DNA from: an uncultured Enterobacteriaceae bacterium
GTDB lineage: Bacteria; Myxococcota_A; UBA796; SXON01
Assembly (NCBI GenBank): GCA_964457335.1
Contig: CAYWGD010000015.1
Location: 31,868 to 95,867, forward strand
Length of the DNA stretch: 64,000 nucleotides
Direction: 5' to 3'
The first letter of the stretch is position 1, and each line of letters opens with the position of its first letter. Made by a program: the position numbers and the translations under genes. The notes beneath the pieces were generated by a model. It had not been told where the DNA came from. It was given only the letters and a program-made list of their open reading frames with translations, and ran no database searches. Below are positions 53,062 to 64,000 of this stretch, in pieces.

Positions 53062-53808
53062 GTGCGCATCGCCACACGCTATGAGGTCAAGTATCGCATC
53101 GCGCCCGAGAAGGCTGAACAGGTCCGGGAGTGGATCTCCCGGTACATGGAGCCCGACGCAAACGGAGAGGGCGGCTCCGCGAAGTACCACGTTCACTCGC
53201 TGTATCTCGACAGCGCCGACTGGCGCATCTACCGAGAGACGCGGAACGGGAACTTCTCCCGGTTCAAGCTCAGGGCGCGAACCTACGCCTTCACGCCGAA
53301 CGCGCCCGTGTTCCTGGAGGTGAAGTCCCGCGACGGGGAGGCCATGCAGAAGTCCCGCGCCGAGGTCGATCGCGCCGACGCGATCCGGATCCTCGACGGC
53401 GGCGTCCCGCGCAACCAGTCCAAGGGACACGCGATGGAGAACTTCCGGTCTCACATGGACCGGTACCGGGCCTACCCGCGGGCGTGGGTGACCTACGAGC
53501 GCTTCGCCTACGTCGGCGGAGATCGCGGCCTCGTACGCGTCACCTTCGACAGCGCCATCGCCTGCGCCCCGCCTACCGTGGGGCTCGCCGAGCCTGAGCG
53601 CTGGATCCCGATCGACGAGGTCAAGGGCGTCGTGATCCTGGAGTTGAAGTACAACGGCTCGTACCCGGCCTGGGCAGCGGATACCATCCGACGCTTCGAC
53701 CTGGAGCGCCGCTCGATGTCCAAGTACCGCCACGCCGTCGAGGTGCTCCGAGGACTGGAGCAGGATCGCGGCATCCAGCTCACCCACGGCCTCGGGATCT
53801 CCCGTTGA
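53062..53808 (+). CDS. VTC-domain (triphosphate-tunnel, polyphosphate-polymerase-like) protein
   Basis: 248 aa. The N-terminal 'RYEVKYRI' is an ExK tunnel signature. Alternating basic strands follow ('FKLRARTY', 'FLEVKSR', 'VRVTFD', 'VILELKY'). GTG start with GAGG 5 nt upstream. Confidence 0.7.
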   Translation: MRIATRYEVKYRIAPEKAEQVREWISRYMEPDANGEGGSAKYHVHSLYLDSADWRIYRETRNGNFSRFKLRARTYAFTPNAPVFLEVKSRDGEAMQKSRAEVDRADAIRILDGGVPRNQSKGHAMENFRSHMDRYRAYPRAWVTYERFAYVGGDRGLVRVTFDSAIACAPPTVGLAEPERWIPIDEVKGVVILELKYNGSYPAWAADTIRRFDLERRSMSKYRHAVEVLRGLEQDRGIQLTHGLGISR

Positions 53809-54491
53809 ACCCCTTCTCCTTTCTCGCAGCGCCGATGGGCGGCTCCTTCGGGGTCTCCCCGCTGACCGTCTTCGCCGACCTCCTGCTGGCCTTCGTGCTG
53901 GGGACCTTCGTGGCCTGGCTCTACACGACCACGCACCGGGGGCTCTCCTACTCGCGCAACATGGTGCACAGCGTCGTGCTGCTCTCGATGATCATCACGA
54001 TGGTCATGCTGGTGGTGGGCGACAGCATCGCGCGGGCGTTCGGCCTCGTCGGCGCGCTCGCCATCATCCGCTTCCGCACCGTCGTGCGGGACGCGCGGGA
54101 CACGACCTTCATCTTCCTCGCGCTCGCGGTCGGCATCGCCGTGGGCGCGCAGCAGGAGGTCGTCGCGCTGATCGGCACCATCATGATCGGCATGGTCGCG
54201 GCCGTCATGCAGATGTCGGGGTTCGCCACGCGGCACAGCGACACGGGGATGTTGCGGGTGCGCGGGGCGGGGGGCGCCGCGAGCGCCATCGAGCAGGTGT
54301 TGTCCAGCTGGTGCCGCACCCACGAGCTCGTGGCCCTGCGGCAGGGCGCCGAGGGCGAGCCCTCGGAGTTCAGCTACGAAATCCGCCTCTTTCATCCGGG
54401 TGAGCGCGAAGACCTGGTGCGGGCCGTCCGCGCGGTCGAGGGCACTACCCAGGTGACGGTGGCCATCGAGGAACGGGCGGAGGAATGGTGA
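53805..54491 (+). CDS. DUF4956-like membrane protein
   Basis: 'LLLAFVLGTFVAWLY', 'ARAFGLVGALAIIRFRTVVRDARDTTFIFLALAVGIAVGA' and a soluble C-terminal domain. TTG 53805 overlaps the upstream TGA; ATG 53835 ('MGGSF') is an alternative start. Confidence 0.65.
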   Translation: MNPFSFLAAPMGGSFGVSPLTVFADLLLAFVLGTFVAWLYTTTHRGLSYSRNMVHSVVLLSMIITMVMLVVGDSIARAFGLVGALAIIRFRTVVRDARDTTFIFLALAVGIAVGAQQEVVALIGTIMIGMVAAVMQMSGFATRHSDTGMLRVRGAGGAASAIEQVLSSWCRTHELVALRQGAEGEPSEFSYEIRLFHPGEREDLVRAVRAVEGTTQVTVAIEERAEEW

Positions 54492-55573
54492 AGCGAAGCA
54501 TCCCCCTCGGGCGGCGCCTTCGGGCCGTCCGCGGGAAGATCGTCATGGCGCTGGTGTGGTTCACTGCCGCCGCCACGAGCGGCGCGCTCCTCCTGGTGCA
54601 GAGCGAGCTCGGAAACCACGGCGGCGTCGCGGTCGCCGTCACCCGCACCCAGTACGTCCGGGCGCCCGAGAGCGGGCGGATCGCCGTCCTCGCGGTGGCG
54701 GCGAACCAGCGGGTCGAGGCCGGCGAGATCCTCGCGTCCATCGAGGTTCCCGGGCTGACCCAGCAGATCGCGGCCGCCGAGGCGGAGCTGCGCAGCCTGG
54801 AGCTCCAGCTCAACGCAGAAGAGGCCGACCGCGGCCGCAAGTTCGCGCGGGATCTGGAGAGCGCGCGTGCCAGCTGGCTGCGGGCCCGCGTGGAGCTCGA
54901 GCGGGAGCGCGCCGAGCTGACCACCGCCGAGCAGGATCTCGCGCGGGCGAAGGCTCCCGGCGTGCTCGTCGCCGCCGGCGAGATCGAGAGCTTCACGGCC
55001 CTGCGGGACGCGGCCCGGGCGGGCGTCGAGGCACGCACGGCCGAGGTCGACGCGCTGGAGCGCAACTACAACGAGGCGCGCGAACGCGCCGGCGTCTCCA
55101 CCTCCGACCTCCTGAAGAGCGCCGTCGAGGCCGCCACCGTGAATCTCGAGTCGCTCAAGGCCGTCGGTGAGGCGAACGTCCTTCGCGCGCCGGTGGCGGG
55201 CGTGGTGACGGCGCCGGTGGGCGCGGTCGCCCGCGACGGGCGGGCCGACGTGATCGACGAGATCTTCCCGGTGCCGGGCCAGTGGGTGCAGGCCGGCGTG
55301 CCCGTCCTGATGATCACCGAGCCGGCGACGCAGGACGCGGTGGTCTTCGTCGACATCGGCCGCGCGCGCGAGCTCGCGCCCGGCCTCGCGGTGTCGGTGC
55401 GGGCCGGGGGGCAGCGGTACGAGGCGACCGTGCGCTCGGTCGGCGTCGCGGTCGAGCCCGTGCCGCTCCGCCAGCTCCGCGACCAGACCATCGCCGAGTG
55501 GGGCGTCCCGGTGACGCTGCAGGTCGCCGGGAGCGTCCTCACGCCGGGCGAGGCGCTGTCTGTCGAGTTCTGA
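54485..55573 (+). CDS. HlyD-family periplasmic adaptor (membrane fusion protein)
   Basis: N-terminal TM 'IVMALVWFTAAATSGALLLV'. Lipoyl-like 'GRIAVLAVAANQRVEAGEILASIE'. A long coiled coil, then 'LRAPVAGVV' and a beta-barrel tail. ATG 54485 has GGAGGA upstream and overlaps the previous gene by 7 nt. Confidence 0.75.
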   Translation: MVKRSIPLGRRLRAVRGKIVMALVWFTAAATSGALLLVQSELGNHGGVAVAVTRTQYVRAPESGRIAVLAVAANQRVEAGEILASIEVPGLTQQIAAAEAELRSLELQLNAEEADRGRKFARDLESARASWLRARVELERERAELTTAEQDLARAKAPGVLVAAGEIESFTALRDAARAGVEARTAEVDALERNYNEARERAGVSTSDLLKSAVEAATVNLESLKAVGEANVLRAPVAGVVTAPVGAVARDGRADVIDEIFPVPGQWVQAGVPVLMITEPATQDAVVFVDIGRARELAPGLAVSVRAGGQRYEATVRSVGVAVEPVPLRQLRDQTIAEWGVPVTLQVAGSVLTPGEALSVEF

Positions 55574-55613
55574 GCGCGCCCGCGCGCGCTGGATCGGCGG
55601 GGGGGCGGTCGCG

Positions 55614-56135
55614 GTGCTCGCGATCACCCTCGCGCTCCTGGCCCCGCGGCTCGCGTGGGTGCCGGACGACGAGATGGCCCCGTCGCTGCTCGCCGGCGAC
55701 CTCGTGCTCATCCTCCCCGTCGAGGCGCGGATGGGCGACGTGGTCGCCGTGGTCGACCCGCTCGACCCGTCGCGCTGGACGCTGCGCCGCGTCGAGACGA
55801 TCGGGGGCGCCATCCGCTACGAGGACGGTGTCTTCTACTCGTCCAACGCGGAGCCGCCGGGCGTGCTCGAGATGGGTCGCGACACCACGACGGTCGTCCG
55901 CACCGAGGGCGAGCACCTCGTCCGCCTCGCACCGCGCGCGGTCCGCTGGGCCCTCGACGAGACCGGCGTGCCCGACGACGCCGCGTTCCTGGGGGCCGAC
56001 GCGCGCGACGAGGCCGTGGACTCGCGCTGGTGGGGCCCGATGCCTCTCGAGGCCCTCCAGGGCGTCGTCGTGGCCCGGATCGGCGCCCCGGGGCACGCCT
56101 GGCGGGGCTGGTTCGAGGCGCGTCGCGGGAGCTGA
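55614..56135 (+). CDS. S26 (signal peptidase I)-like protein lacking the Ser/Lys dyad
   Basis: 'DDEMAPSLLAGDLVLI' aligns with GDSM.PTL..GD.v.v, with Glu in place of the nucleophile Ser. 'LRRVETIGG' aligns with vKRviGlPGD, with Arg in place of Lys. 'GADARDEAVDSRWWGPMP' aligns with GDNR..S.DSR.wG.v. The start is uncertain: the TM helix begins upstream of GTG 55614 and there is no ATG or GTG further upstream in frame. Confidence 0.55.
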   Translation: MLAITLALLAPRLAWVPDDEMAPSLLAGDLVLILPVEARMGDVVAVVDPLDPSRWTLRRVETIGGAIRYEDGVFYSSNAEPPGVLEMGRDTTTVVRTEGEHLVRLAPRAVRWALDETGVPDDAAFLGADARDEAVDSRWWGPMPLEALQGVVVARIGAPGHAWRGWFEARRGS

Positions 56136-56138
56136 CCG

Positions 56139-56750
56139 CTACTCCTGGTAGGAGTACCGCTCCTCGAGCCAGGGATCGGCGCGGTTGTGGTAGCCGCGCT
56201 CCTCCCAGTAGCCGCGCTTGTCCTTCGGCAGGATCTCGATGCCGGAGACCCACTTCGCGGACTTCCAGGCGTAGAGGTGGTGGACCACGAGGCGGACGGG
56301 CCCGCCGTGCTCGGGGGCGAGCGGCGCGCCGTCGTGGCTGAGCGCGAGGAGGTTCTCGGGGCGCGCGAAGTCCGCGAGCGCGAGGTTCGTGGTGTAGCCG
56401 ACCTCGTCATAGGCGTGCACGAGCACGTGCGTGGCGGTCGGCTTCGGCCGGGCGCGCCCGAGGAGCTCCGCGACCGAGACGCCGCCCCAGCGGTTGTCGT
56501 ACTTCGACCAGGTGGTCACGCAGTGCCAGTCCTGCGTGGTCTCGAAGCGCGGGAGGGCGAGGAGCTCGTCCCACGTGAGCTCGAAGGGCGCCTCGACCTC
56601 ACCCCACACGCGGAGCCGCCACGTCGCCGGATCGAACGTGGGGACCGCGCCCTCGTGCAGCACCGGCCAGCCCTTCACCACCCGCTGCCCCGGCGGCAGG
56701 CGCTCCGTCGAGCGCTCGCGCGCGCGGGCCTTCCCCGGCCGCCAGAGCAT
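56139..56750 (-). CDS. sulfite-oxidase-like molybdopterin-dependent oxidoreductase (YuiH/MsrP-like catalytic domain)
   Basis: 203 aa with 'TQDWHCVTTWSKYDNRWGGV', 'GGPVRLVVHHLYAWKSAKWV' and 'GYWEERGYH'. No Tat signal is seen. The ATG shares 1 nt with the upstream TGA. Confidence 0.75.
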   Translation of the reverse strand: MLWRPGKARARERSTERLPPGQRVVKGWPVLHEGAVPTFDPATWRLRVWGEVEAPFELTWDELLALPRFETTQDWHCVTTWSKYDNRWGGVSVAELLGRARPKPTATHVLVHAYDEVGYTTNLALADFARPENLLALSHDGAPLAPEHGGPVRLVVHHLYAWKSAKWVSGIEILPKDKRGYWEERGYHNRADPWLEERYSYQE

Positions 56751-57529
56751 CAGCTGCCCTCGATCTGCAACGTGGTGAAGCCGAACTTGATCTTGAGCGT
56801 GAGCTCGTCCTCGTCGATGTCGAGCGCCACGTCCTCGACGCCCATCTTGAGCTTCAGCGGGCCGCCGGCGGGGCCCACCATCTCCTCGATCTGCTCCTTC
56901 TTCAGGATCTGGACCGGGTTGACCTTCGGGGTCTGCTGCGCGAGCAGGTACTCGGCGCCGCGGTTGAGCAGCTGGAGGATGAAGTGGTCGCCGAGGTCGA
57001 CCGTCACGTCCTGGAGCACGCCCACGAGCGCCTTCCGCTCGCTGTCGTACTTGATGTCGGCGAGCGCGGCCTCGGCCCCGATGCGCTTTTCGAGCACGAA
57101 CGGGAACTCGATGTTCTCGCGGAGCAGGTACACCTTGCCGGTGGCGACGGCCTTGACGTGGGCCTCCACCCCGAAGCGCTGCTGCGCGTACTTGAAGTCG
57201 GAGCCCTCGCGGTCGACCTCGACGCGCCAGTCGCCCTGCACGTGCACGACCTCGTTGACGATGCGGTAGACCTGCTCGCGCCGGTTGCTCCACACGTTCT
57301 TGGCAAGGTCCTTGCCGCGCACCAGGACCTGGGGGACCTCGCGGTCCTCGAGCAGGCCCCGGACCTTCTCCTTCACCTCGAGCCGCTTGATTCCGGCCCG
57401 CAGGTTGTCGACCAGATCGAACTGACCGTCGGCCACCTTGAACGGAAGGCCCACCCGGAACAGGTCGTTCCAGAGGGCCTTCCCGATCGAGAACTTGAGG
57501 TGGTACCCGTCGCCGATCTGCTTCGCCAT
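56750..57529 (-). CDS. 259-aa conserved-looking hypothetical protein
   Basis: A clean ORF with Lys/Glu-rich composition that is atypical for this window. No signal peptide or TM helix. No motif I recognise. Translationally coupled to the molybdoenzyme gene. Confidence 0.55.
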   Translation of the reverse strand: MAKQIGDGYHLKFSIGKALWNDLFRVGLPFKVADGQFDLVDNLRAGIKRLEVKEKVRGLLEDREVPQVLVRGKDLAKNVWSNRREQVYRIVNEVVHVQGDWRVEVDREGSDFKYAQQRFGVEAHVKAVATGKVYLLRENIEFPFVLEKRIGAEAALADIKYDSERKALVGVLQDVTVDLGDHFILQLLNRGAEYLLAQQTPKVNPVQILKKEQIEEMVGPAGGPLKLKMGVEDVALDIDEDELTLKIKFGFTTLQIEGS

Positions 57530-57598
57530 GCGCTCTCCGCGGAGGCGACAGTTTAGCGGAGATCCGCGACGCGCGCGTCCCGGCGGCGGGCGCGCCGA

Positions 57599-58018
<420 letters not shown>

Positions 58019-58126
58019 GGGGGCCTCCTGTAGGTGGGCGCGGCTTCTAACCTGCACCTGGGCCGCGCGCCCTCAAAACGGCGAAGGGCCGCCCGCGCGG
58101 GACGGCCCTCCCCTCGTGGCCCGGGA

Positions 58127-59005
58127 TCAGAGCTTCCCGAGCACCTGCGCCATCTTGCGGCCCATCTCGGCGGGGCTGCGCACGATGTGGAAGCCCGCGG
58201 CCTCCATCGCCTCGTACTTGGCCTCGGCCGTGCCCTGGCCGCCGGAGATGATCGCGCCCGCGTGGCCCATGCGGCGGCCGGGAGGGGCCGTCGCGCCGGC
58301 GATGAAGCCGACCACCGGCTTCTTCATGTTGTCCTTGGCCCAGGCCGCGGCCTCCTCCTCGGCCGACCCGCCGATCTCGCCGATCATGATCACGGCGTCG
58401 GTGTCGGGGTCGTCGTTGAAGAGCTTCAGCGCGTCGATGTGCTTCGTCCCGATGATCGGGTCCCCGCCGATGCCGATGGCCGTCGACTGCCCGAGCCCCA
58501 CGCGGGAGAGCTGGCCGACCGCCTCGTAGGTGAGCGTCCCGGAGCGGGAGAGCACGCCGATGCGGCCCGGCGTGTGGATGTGGCCCGGCATGATGCCGAT
58601 CTTGCACTGGCCCGGCGTGATGATGCCCGGGCAGTTCGGCCCGATCATGCGCGCGCCCTTGCCCTCGAGGTAGCGCCACGCCACGACCATGTCGCGGACG
58701 GGGATGCCCTCGGTGATGGGGACGATGAGCTTGATGCCCGCGTCCGCCGCCTCCATGATGGCGTCGGCCGCGAACGGCGGCGGCACGAAGATGACGGAGG
58801 CGTTGGCGCCCGTCTCCTTCACCGCGTCGGACACGGTGTCGAAGATGGGGACCACCTCGTTGAAGGAGTGGCCGCCCTTGCCCGGCGTGACGCCGGCCAC
58901 GAGCTTCGTGCCGTAGGCGAGCATCTGCGCGCAGTGGAAGGCACCGGCGGAGCCGGTGATGCCCTGGCAGACGACCCGGGTGTTGGAATCGACGAGGATG
59001 GCCAT
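58127..59005 (-). CDS. sucD: succinyl-CoA synthetase alpha subunit
   Basis: '[11 protein letters not shown]', 'SRSGTLTYE' and 'MGHAGAII'. Confidence 0.96.
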   Translation of the reverse strand: MAILVDSNTRVVCQGITGSAGAFHCAQMLAYGTKLVAGVTPGKGGHSFNEVVPIFDTVSDAVKETGANASVIFVPPPFAADAIMEAADAGIKLIVPITEGIPVRDMVVAWRYLEGKGARMIGPNCPGIITPGQCKIGIMPGHIHTPGRIGVLSRSGTLTYEAVGQLSRVGLGQSTAIGIGGDPIIGTKHIDALKLFNDDPDTDAVIMIGEIGGSAEEEAAAWAKDNMKKPVVGFIAGATAPPGRRMGHAGAIISGGQGTAEAKYEAMEAAGFHIVRSPAEMGRKMAQVLGKL

Positions 59006-59007
59006 GA

Positions 59008-60243
59008 CTACCCCCTGACCGCGGCGACGATCTTCTCGGCCGCGTCCGACATGGAGTCCGCCGGAATGACGGCGAGGCCGCTCTCCGCGAGGATCTTCTT
59101 CCCGAGCTCGACGTTCGTGCCCTCGAGCCGCACCACGAGCGGCACGGAGAGCCCGACCTCGCGGACCGCCGCGAGCACGCCCTCGGCGATGACATCACAC
59201 TTCATGATGCCGCCGAAGATGTTGACCAGGATGCCCTTCACCGCGGGATCGCGGGTGATGATCTTGAAGGCCGCGGTGACCTTCTCCTTGTTGGCGCCGC
59301 CGCCGACATCGAGGAAGTTCGCCGGCTCCTCGCCGTAGAACTTGATGATGTCCATCGTCGCCATCGCGAGGCCCGCACCGTTGACGAGGCAGCCGATGTT
59401 GCCGTCGAGCTTCACGTACGAGAGGTCGTACTTGCTGGCCTCGATCTCGGCCGGGTCCTCCTCCGCAAGGTCCCGCATCGCGACGATGTCGGGGTGGCGG
59501 AAGAGCCCGTTGTCGTCGAAGGTCATCTTCGCGTCGAGCGGGATCACGTCGCCGGCCGCCGTCAGCACGAGCGGGTTGATCTCGAGCATCGAGGCGTCGG
59601 TGTCGACGTAGGTGTTGTAGAGGCCGGTCACGAGCTTCACGAAGCTGTTGACCGACTTCCCGGTGAACCCGAGGCGGAACGCGAGGCGACGCGCCTGCCA
59701 GCCGCCGAGGCCGCTGACGGGGTCGACCCACTCCTTCACGATGGCGTCGGGGTTGTGCTCGGCGACCTCCTCGATCTCCGTGCCGCCCTCGGCCGACGCC
59801 ATCACCAGCGTGCGGCTCTTGGACCGGTCGAGCAGGATCGCGAGGTAGTACTCCTTCGCGATGTTGCAGCCCGCCTCGACGTACAGCGTCTGGACGAGGC
59901 TGCCCGGCGCGCCGGTCTGCTTGGTCACCAGCGTCCCGCCCAGCATCGCCTCGGCCGCCGCGCGCACCGCGTCGAGCGAGGTGCACACCCGCACGCCGCC
60001 CTTGCCCGGCACGCCGTCCTCGCCGCGGAGCACGCGCTCGAGCACGTCGTCGGCGACCTCGTGCTTGAAGCGGCCCTTGCCGCGGCCGCCGGCGTGCACC
60101 TGGCTCTTGACCACCCACACGCTGCCGCCGAGGGATTGAGCGACGCCCACCGCCTCGTCGGGAGAGCGCGCCGCGCCCCCCGCGAGGGTGGTCACGCCGT
60201 GCTTGCGAAGGATCTCCTTCGCCTGGTATTCGTGTACCTTCAT
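59008..60243 (-). CDS. sucC: succinyl-CoA synthetase beta subunit
   Basis: '[12 protein letters not shown]', '[14 protein letters not shown]' and '[10 protein letters not shown]'. Confidence 0.96.
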   Translation of the reverse strand: MKVHEYQAKEILRKHGVTTLAGGAARSPDEAVGVAQSLGGSVWVVKSQVHAGGRGKGRFKHEVADDVLERVLRGEDGVPGKGGVRVCTSLDAVRAAAEAMLGGTLVTKQTGAPGSLVQTLYVEAGCNIAKEYYLAILLDRSKSRTLVMASAEGGTEIEEVAEHNPDAIVKEWVDPVSGLGGWQARRLAFRLGFTGKSVNSFVKLVTGLYNTYVDTDASMLEINPLVLTAAGDVIPLDAKMTFDDNGLFRHPDIVAMRDLAEEDPAEIEASKYDLSYVKLDGNIGCLVNGAGLAMATMDIIKFYGEEPANFLDVGGGANKEKVTAAFKIITRDPAVKGILVNIFGGIMKCDVIAEGVLAAVREVGLSVPLVVRLEGTNVELGKKILAESGLAVIPADSMSDAAEKIVAAVRG

Positions 60244-60331
60244 CCGCTGTTCTCGATGAGGGGCACGCCGCTTGCGCGGGAACGCGGAGCCCTCGGATGG
60301 TCGGTGGTGGTTGGAAAGATCTGGCGCCCTC

Positions 60332-61501
60332 TCAGGCGTTCAGGCGACGCTTGGGCTGGTCCTTCGCGACGTACTTGCAGCGGTAGATGGGCACGCCCTT
60401 CCCGTTGCGAGCGACGAGCCGCTCGTCGACGATCTGGGCGGCGATGCCCGAGATGCGCGAGAAGCCGAAGAGGACCGTGTAGTACTCGGGGTCGGTGAGG
60501 CCGCAGGCGTTCGTGAGGGCGCCGGAGACCGCGTCGACGTTCGGGTAGGGGTTCTGGATCTTCGGGTTCTCCTTGAGGACCTTCACGGCGCGCTCGCGGA
60601 GGACGACCGAGGTGCGGAACCAGGGGTCGTCGGGGCAGAGCTCCTCACCGAGGGCGTACTGCACCTTGGCGCGCGGATCCTCGGCGCGGAGCACCGCGTG
60701 CCCGAACCCGTAGATCTTGCCGCCGGTGGCGACCTCGTTGCGGACGAAGGCCTCGACCTTGTCCGGGTCGGTCGTGCCGACCTTCTGGATGAACTCGAGG
60801 CACTCCTGGTTCGCGCGGCCGTGGAGCGGGCCGTAGAGGCCGGCCATCGACGCGGCGAGCGACACGTACTGGTCGGCGAGGCCGGACGCGACGGACTTGC
60901 CCACGAACGTGGAGAGGTTGCCGCCGCCGTGGTCCGCGTGGAGCACGTAGTAGATGCGGAGCAGACGGGTGAGCTTCGCGGCGTCGGCGCCGGGCACGCC
61001 CATCATGTGCACCATGTTCTCGACGAGGCCGAGCTCGGGCTTGCTCGGGATCGGGTCCCCCCAGCCGGAGCGGATGCGGAAGATGTTCGCGATCAGCTCG
61101 GAGGACTGCGCGATCATGTTCAGGCCGTCTTCGCGGTAGTCACCGGTCTTGCTCGTCATCCCGAGGAACGTGAGCCCGGCGATGAGCCACTCCATCGGGT
61201 GCCCCTCCTTCGGGAGGGCCTTGAGCATGTCGATGACCTTGGGGCTCACCTTCGCGCGGCGCGCGAGGTCGGCCTTGAAGGCGCCGAGCTGGTCGTCGTT
61301 GGGGAGCTCCTTGTTGAACAGGAGGTACACGACCGCTTCGGGGTCGAGGTACGCGAGGTCGGCGACGGGGTAGCCGACGTAGTGGACCCCCTCCATCGGA
61401 TCCACGGAGGAGGTCCGGCAGGTCCCCACGGGGAACCCGCGCAGGCCCGTGTCGAGATGCTCCTCCGTGATCTCGAACAGCACCTTCTTCGCTTCAGCCA
61501 T
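60332..61501 (-). CDS. gltA: citrate synthase family protein
   Basis: 389 aa from '[10 protein letters not shown]'. '[14 protein letters not shown]', '[10 protein letters not shown]' and '[13 protein letters not shown]' are catalytic His/Asp motifs. The track ORF's 5' extension to 63886 is the antisense mirror frame of sdhCA. Confidence 0.88.
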   Translation of the reverse strand: MAEAKKVLFEITEEHLDTGLRGFPVGTCRTSSVDPMEGVHYVGYPVADLAYLDPEAVVYLLFNKELPNDDQLGAFKADLARRAKVSPKVIDMLKALPKEGHPMEWLIAGLTFLGMTSKTGDYREDGLNMIAQSSELIANIFRIRSGWGDPIPSKPELGLVENMVHMMGVPGADAAKLTRLLRIYYVLHADHGGGNLSTFVGKSVASGLADQYVSLAASMAGLYGPLHGRANQECLEFIQKVGTTDPDKVEAFVRNEVATGGKIYGFGHAVLRAEDPRAKVQYALGEELCPDDPWFRTSVVLRERAVKVLKENPKIQNPYPNVDAVSGALTNACGLTDPEYYTVLFGFSRISGIAAQIVDERLVARNGKGVPIYRCKYVAKDQPKRRLNA

Positions 61502-61672
61502 TGGCCACTCCGGTAAGCGGCACCTCTTAGCGGGCGGAGCCCCCCGGCGCCAGCATCCGCGGGCCCATCCACGCGCGGGCGCGAGGGGCGCGAGGGACGG
61601 TCCGCGCCGTGGCCCTGGCGGTCGCGACCGGATACACGTCCTCCCCCCTGAACGCTGCCCCCGAGGCATCCG

Positions 61673-62365
61673 ATGAGCTGGCTCCTCACCTACGCCCGAT
61701 CGACGATTGGCGCGAAGGTCATCATGGCCCTGACCGGGGCCGCCATGTACGGCTTCCTGATCGTCCACATGGCCGGCAACCTGCTGGTGTTCTGGGGCCC
61801 CGAGTACCACAACCACCACAGCTTGTTCCTGCACCAGATGGCCGAGGTCATCTGGCCGCTGCGCATCGGGCTGATCGTGTCGATCATCGCCCACATCTTC
61901 TCGTGGGTGAACCTGAAGGCGCGCTCGAGCAGCGCGCGCCCGGTGGCCTACCGGGTCAAGCAGAGCCGGGCCTCCACGATCTACTCCCGGACGATGGCAC
62001 TCACCGGCCCGATCATCCTCGCGTTCGTGGTGGTGCACCTGCTCCAGCTCACCTTCGGCGTGATGCACGACGACTTCCGGGTGCAGGGCACCGTCGCCGG
62101 CTCCGTCGAAGCGGCCACGCCGCTCGCCTACCACAACACGGTCACGCTCCTCGCCCAGCCGGTCTGGGGCGTCGTCTACGTGGTCTGCAACCTGCTCCTC
62201 GGCCTGCACCTCTTCCACGGCGCCTACGCGATGTGCCGCACCCTCGGCCTGTCGGGTGACCGTCAGCAGGGGATCGCCTACGGCCTCGCCGGCGGCGTGA
62301 CCGCCCTCATCGTCGGCGGCAACGTCGCGATCGCCGCCGCCATCCTCCTCGGCCTGGTGAAGTAG
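61673..62365 (+). CDS. sdhC: succinate dehydrogenase/fumarate reductase cytochrome b subunit (b558 type)
   Basis: 230 aa, 5 TM helices, with haem-ligand His in 'LIVHMAGNL', 'IIAHIFSW', 'VVVHLLQL' and 'GLHLFHG'. It lies directly upstream of sdhA. Confidence 0.85.
   Translation: MSWLLTYARSTIGAKVIMALTGAAMYGFLIVHMAGNLLVFWGPEYHNHHSLFLHQMAEVIWPLRIGLIVSIIAHIFSWVNLKARSSSARPVAYRVKQSRASTIYSRTMALTGPIILAFVVVHLLQLTFGVMHDDFRVQGTVAGSVEAATPLAYHNTVTLLAQPVWGVVYVVCNLLLGLHLFHGAYAMCRTLGLSGDRQQGIAYGLAGGVTALIVGGNVAIAAAILLGLVK

Positions 62366-64000
<1,635 letters not shown>

Overview
This is a 64-kb window of very GC-rich DNA. By eye it is roughly 70% GC or more (not computed), and codon third positions are almost always G or C. 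It is almost entirely coding. Gene content and the many lipoproteins with acidic or proline-rich linkers suggest a Myxococcota-like chromosome; this is inference only.

**Left third (minus strand).** A complete aa3-type cytochrome c oxidase locus: SURF1, ctaA, ctaB, a dihaem cytochrome c, a 37-aa microprotein, coxB, coxA, coxC, subunit IV, a second subunit-III paralogue, a CxxC microprotein and a further cytochrome c. It is followed by rpsR, a 2Fe-2S ferredoxin, a long-form dCTP deaminase, malQ, a RelA/SpoT-like protein with a tiny basic ORF, and mfd.

**Middle.**
- an orphan contractile-tail tube-like gene
- a PmbA/TldD-like protein and a metallophosphoesterase
- a 1539-aa NAD-glutamate dehydrogenase
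- a housekeeping operon: histidine phosphatase, OMP-like protein, thioesterase, maf, yggS
- a tightly coupled nuclease / coiled-coil / HTH / PEGA operon
- a Wzt-like ATPase plus a glycosyltransferase
- an FAD-oxidoreductase / polyferredoxin pair
- a MEDS-domain protein
- an ABC1 kinase and a dihaem peroxidase

**Right third.**
- two acidic-repeat lipoproteins and a CRTAC1-like protein
- a maltodextrin-type ABC importer with a fused MalE-MalF
- a VTC / DUF4956 / HlyD-like / dead-S26 operon
- a molybdoenzyme pair
- TCA-cycle genes: ndk, sucDC, citrate synthase, sdhCA

I saw no rRNA, tRNA, CRISPR, transposase or integrase.

**Best candidates for an undescribed system.**
- the VTC-DUF4956-adaptor-pseudopeptidase operon (53.1-56.1 kb)
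- the divergent RelA/SpoT-like gene with its 46-aa basic partner (14.5-15.8 kb)
- the stand-alone tail-tube homologue (20.2-20.7 kb)
- the nuclease-led four-gene operon (31.0-34.6 kb)

All functional calls rest on motif recognition by eye. No searches were run.
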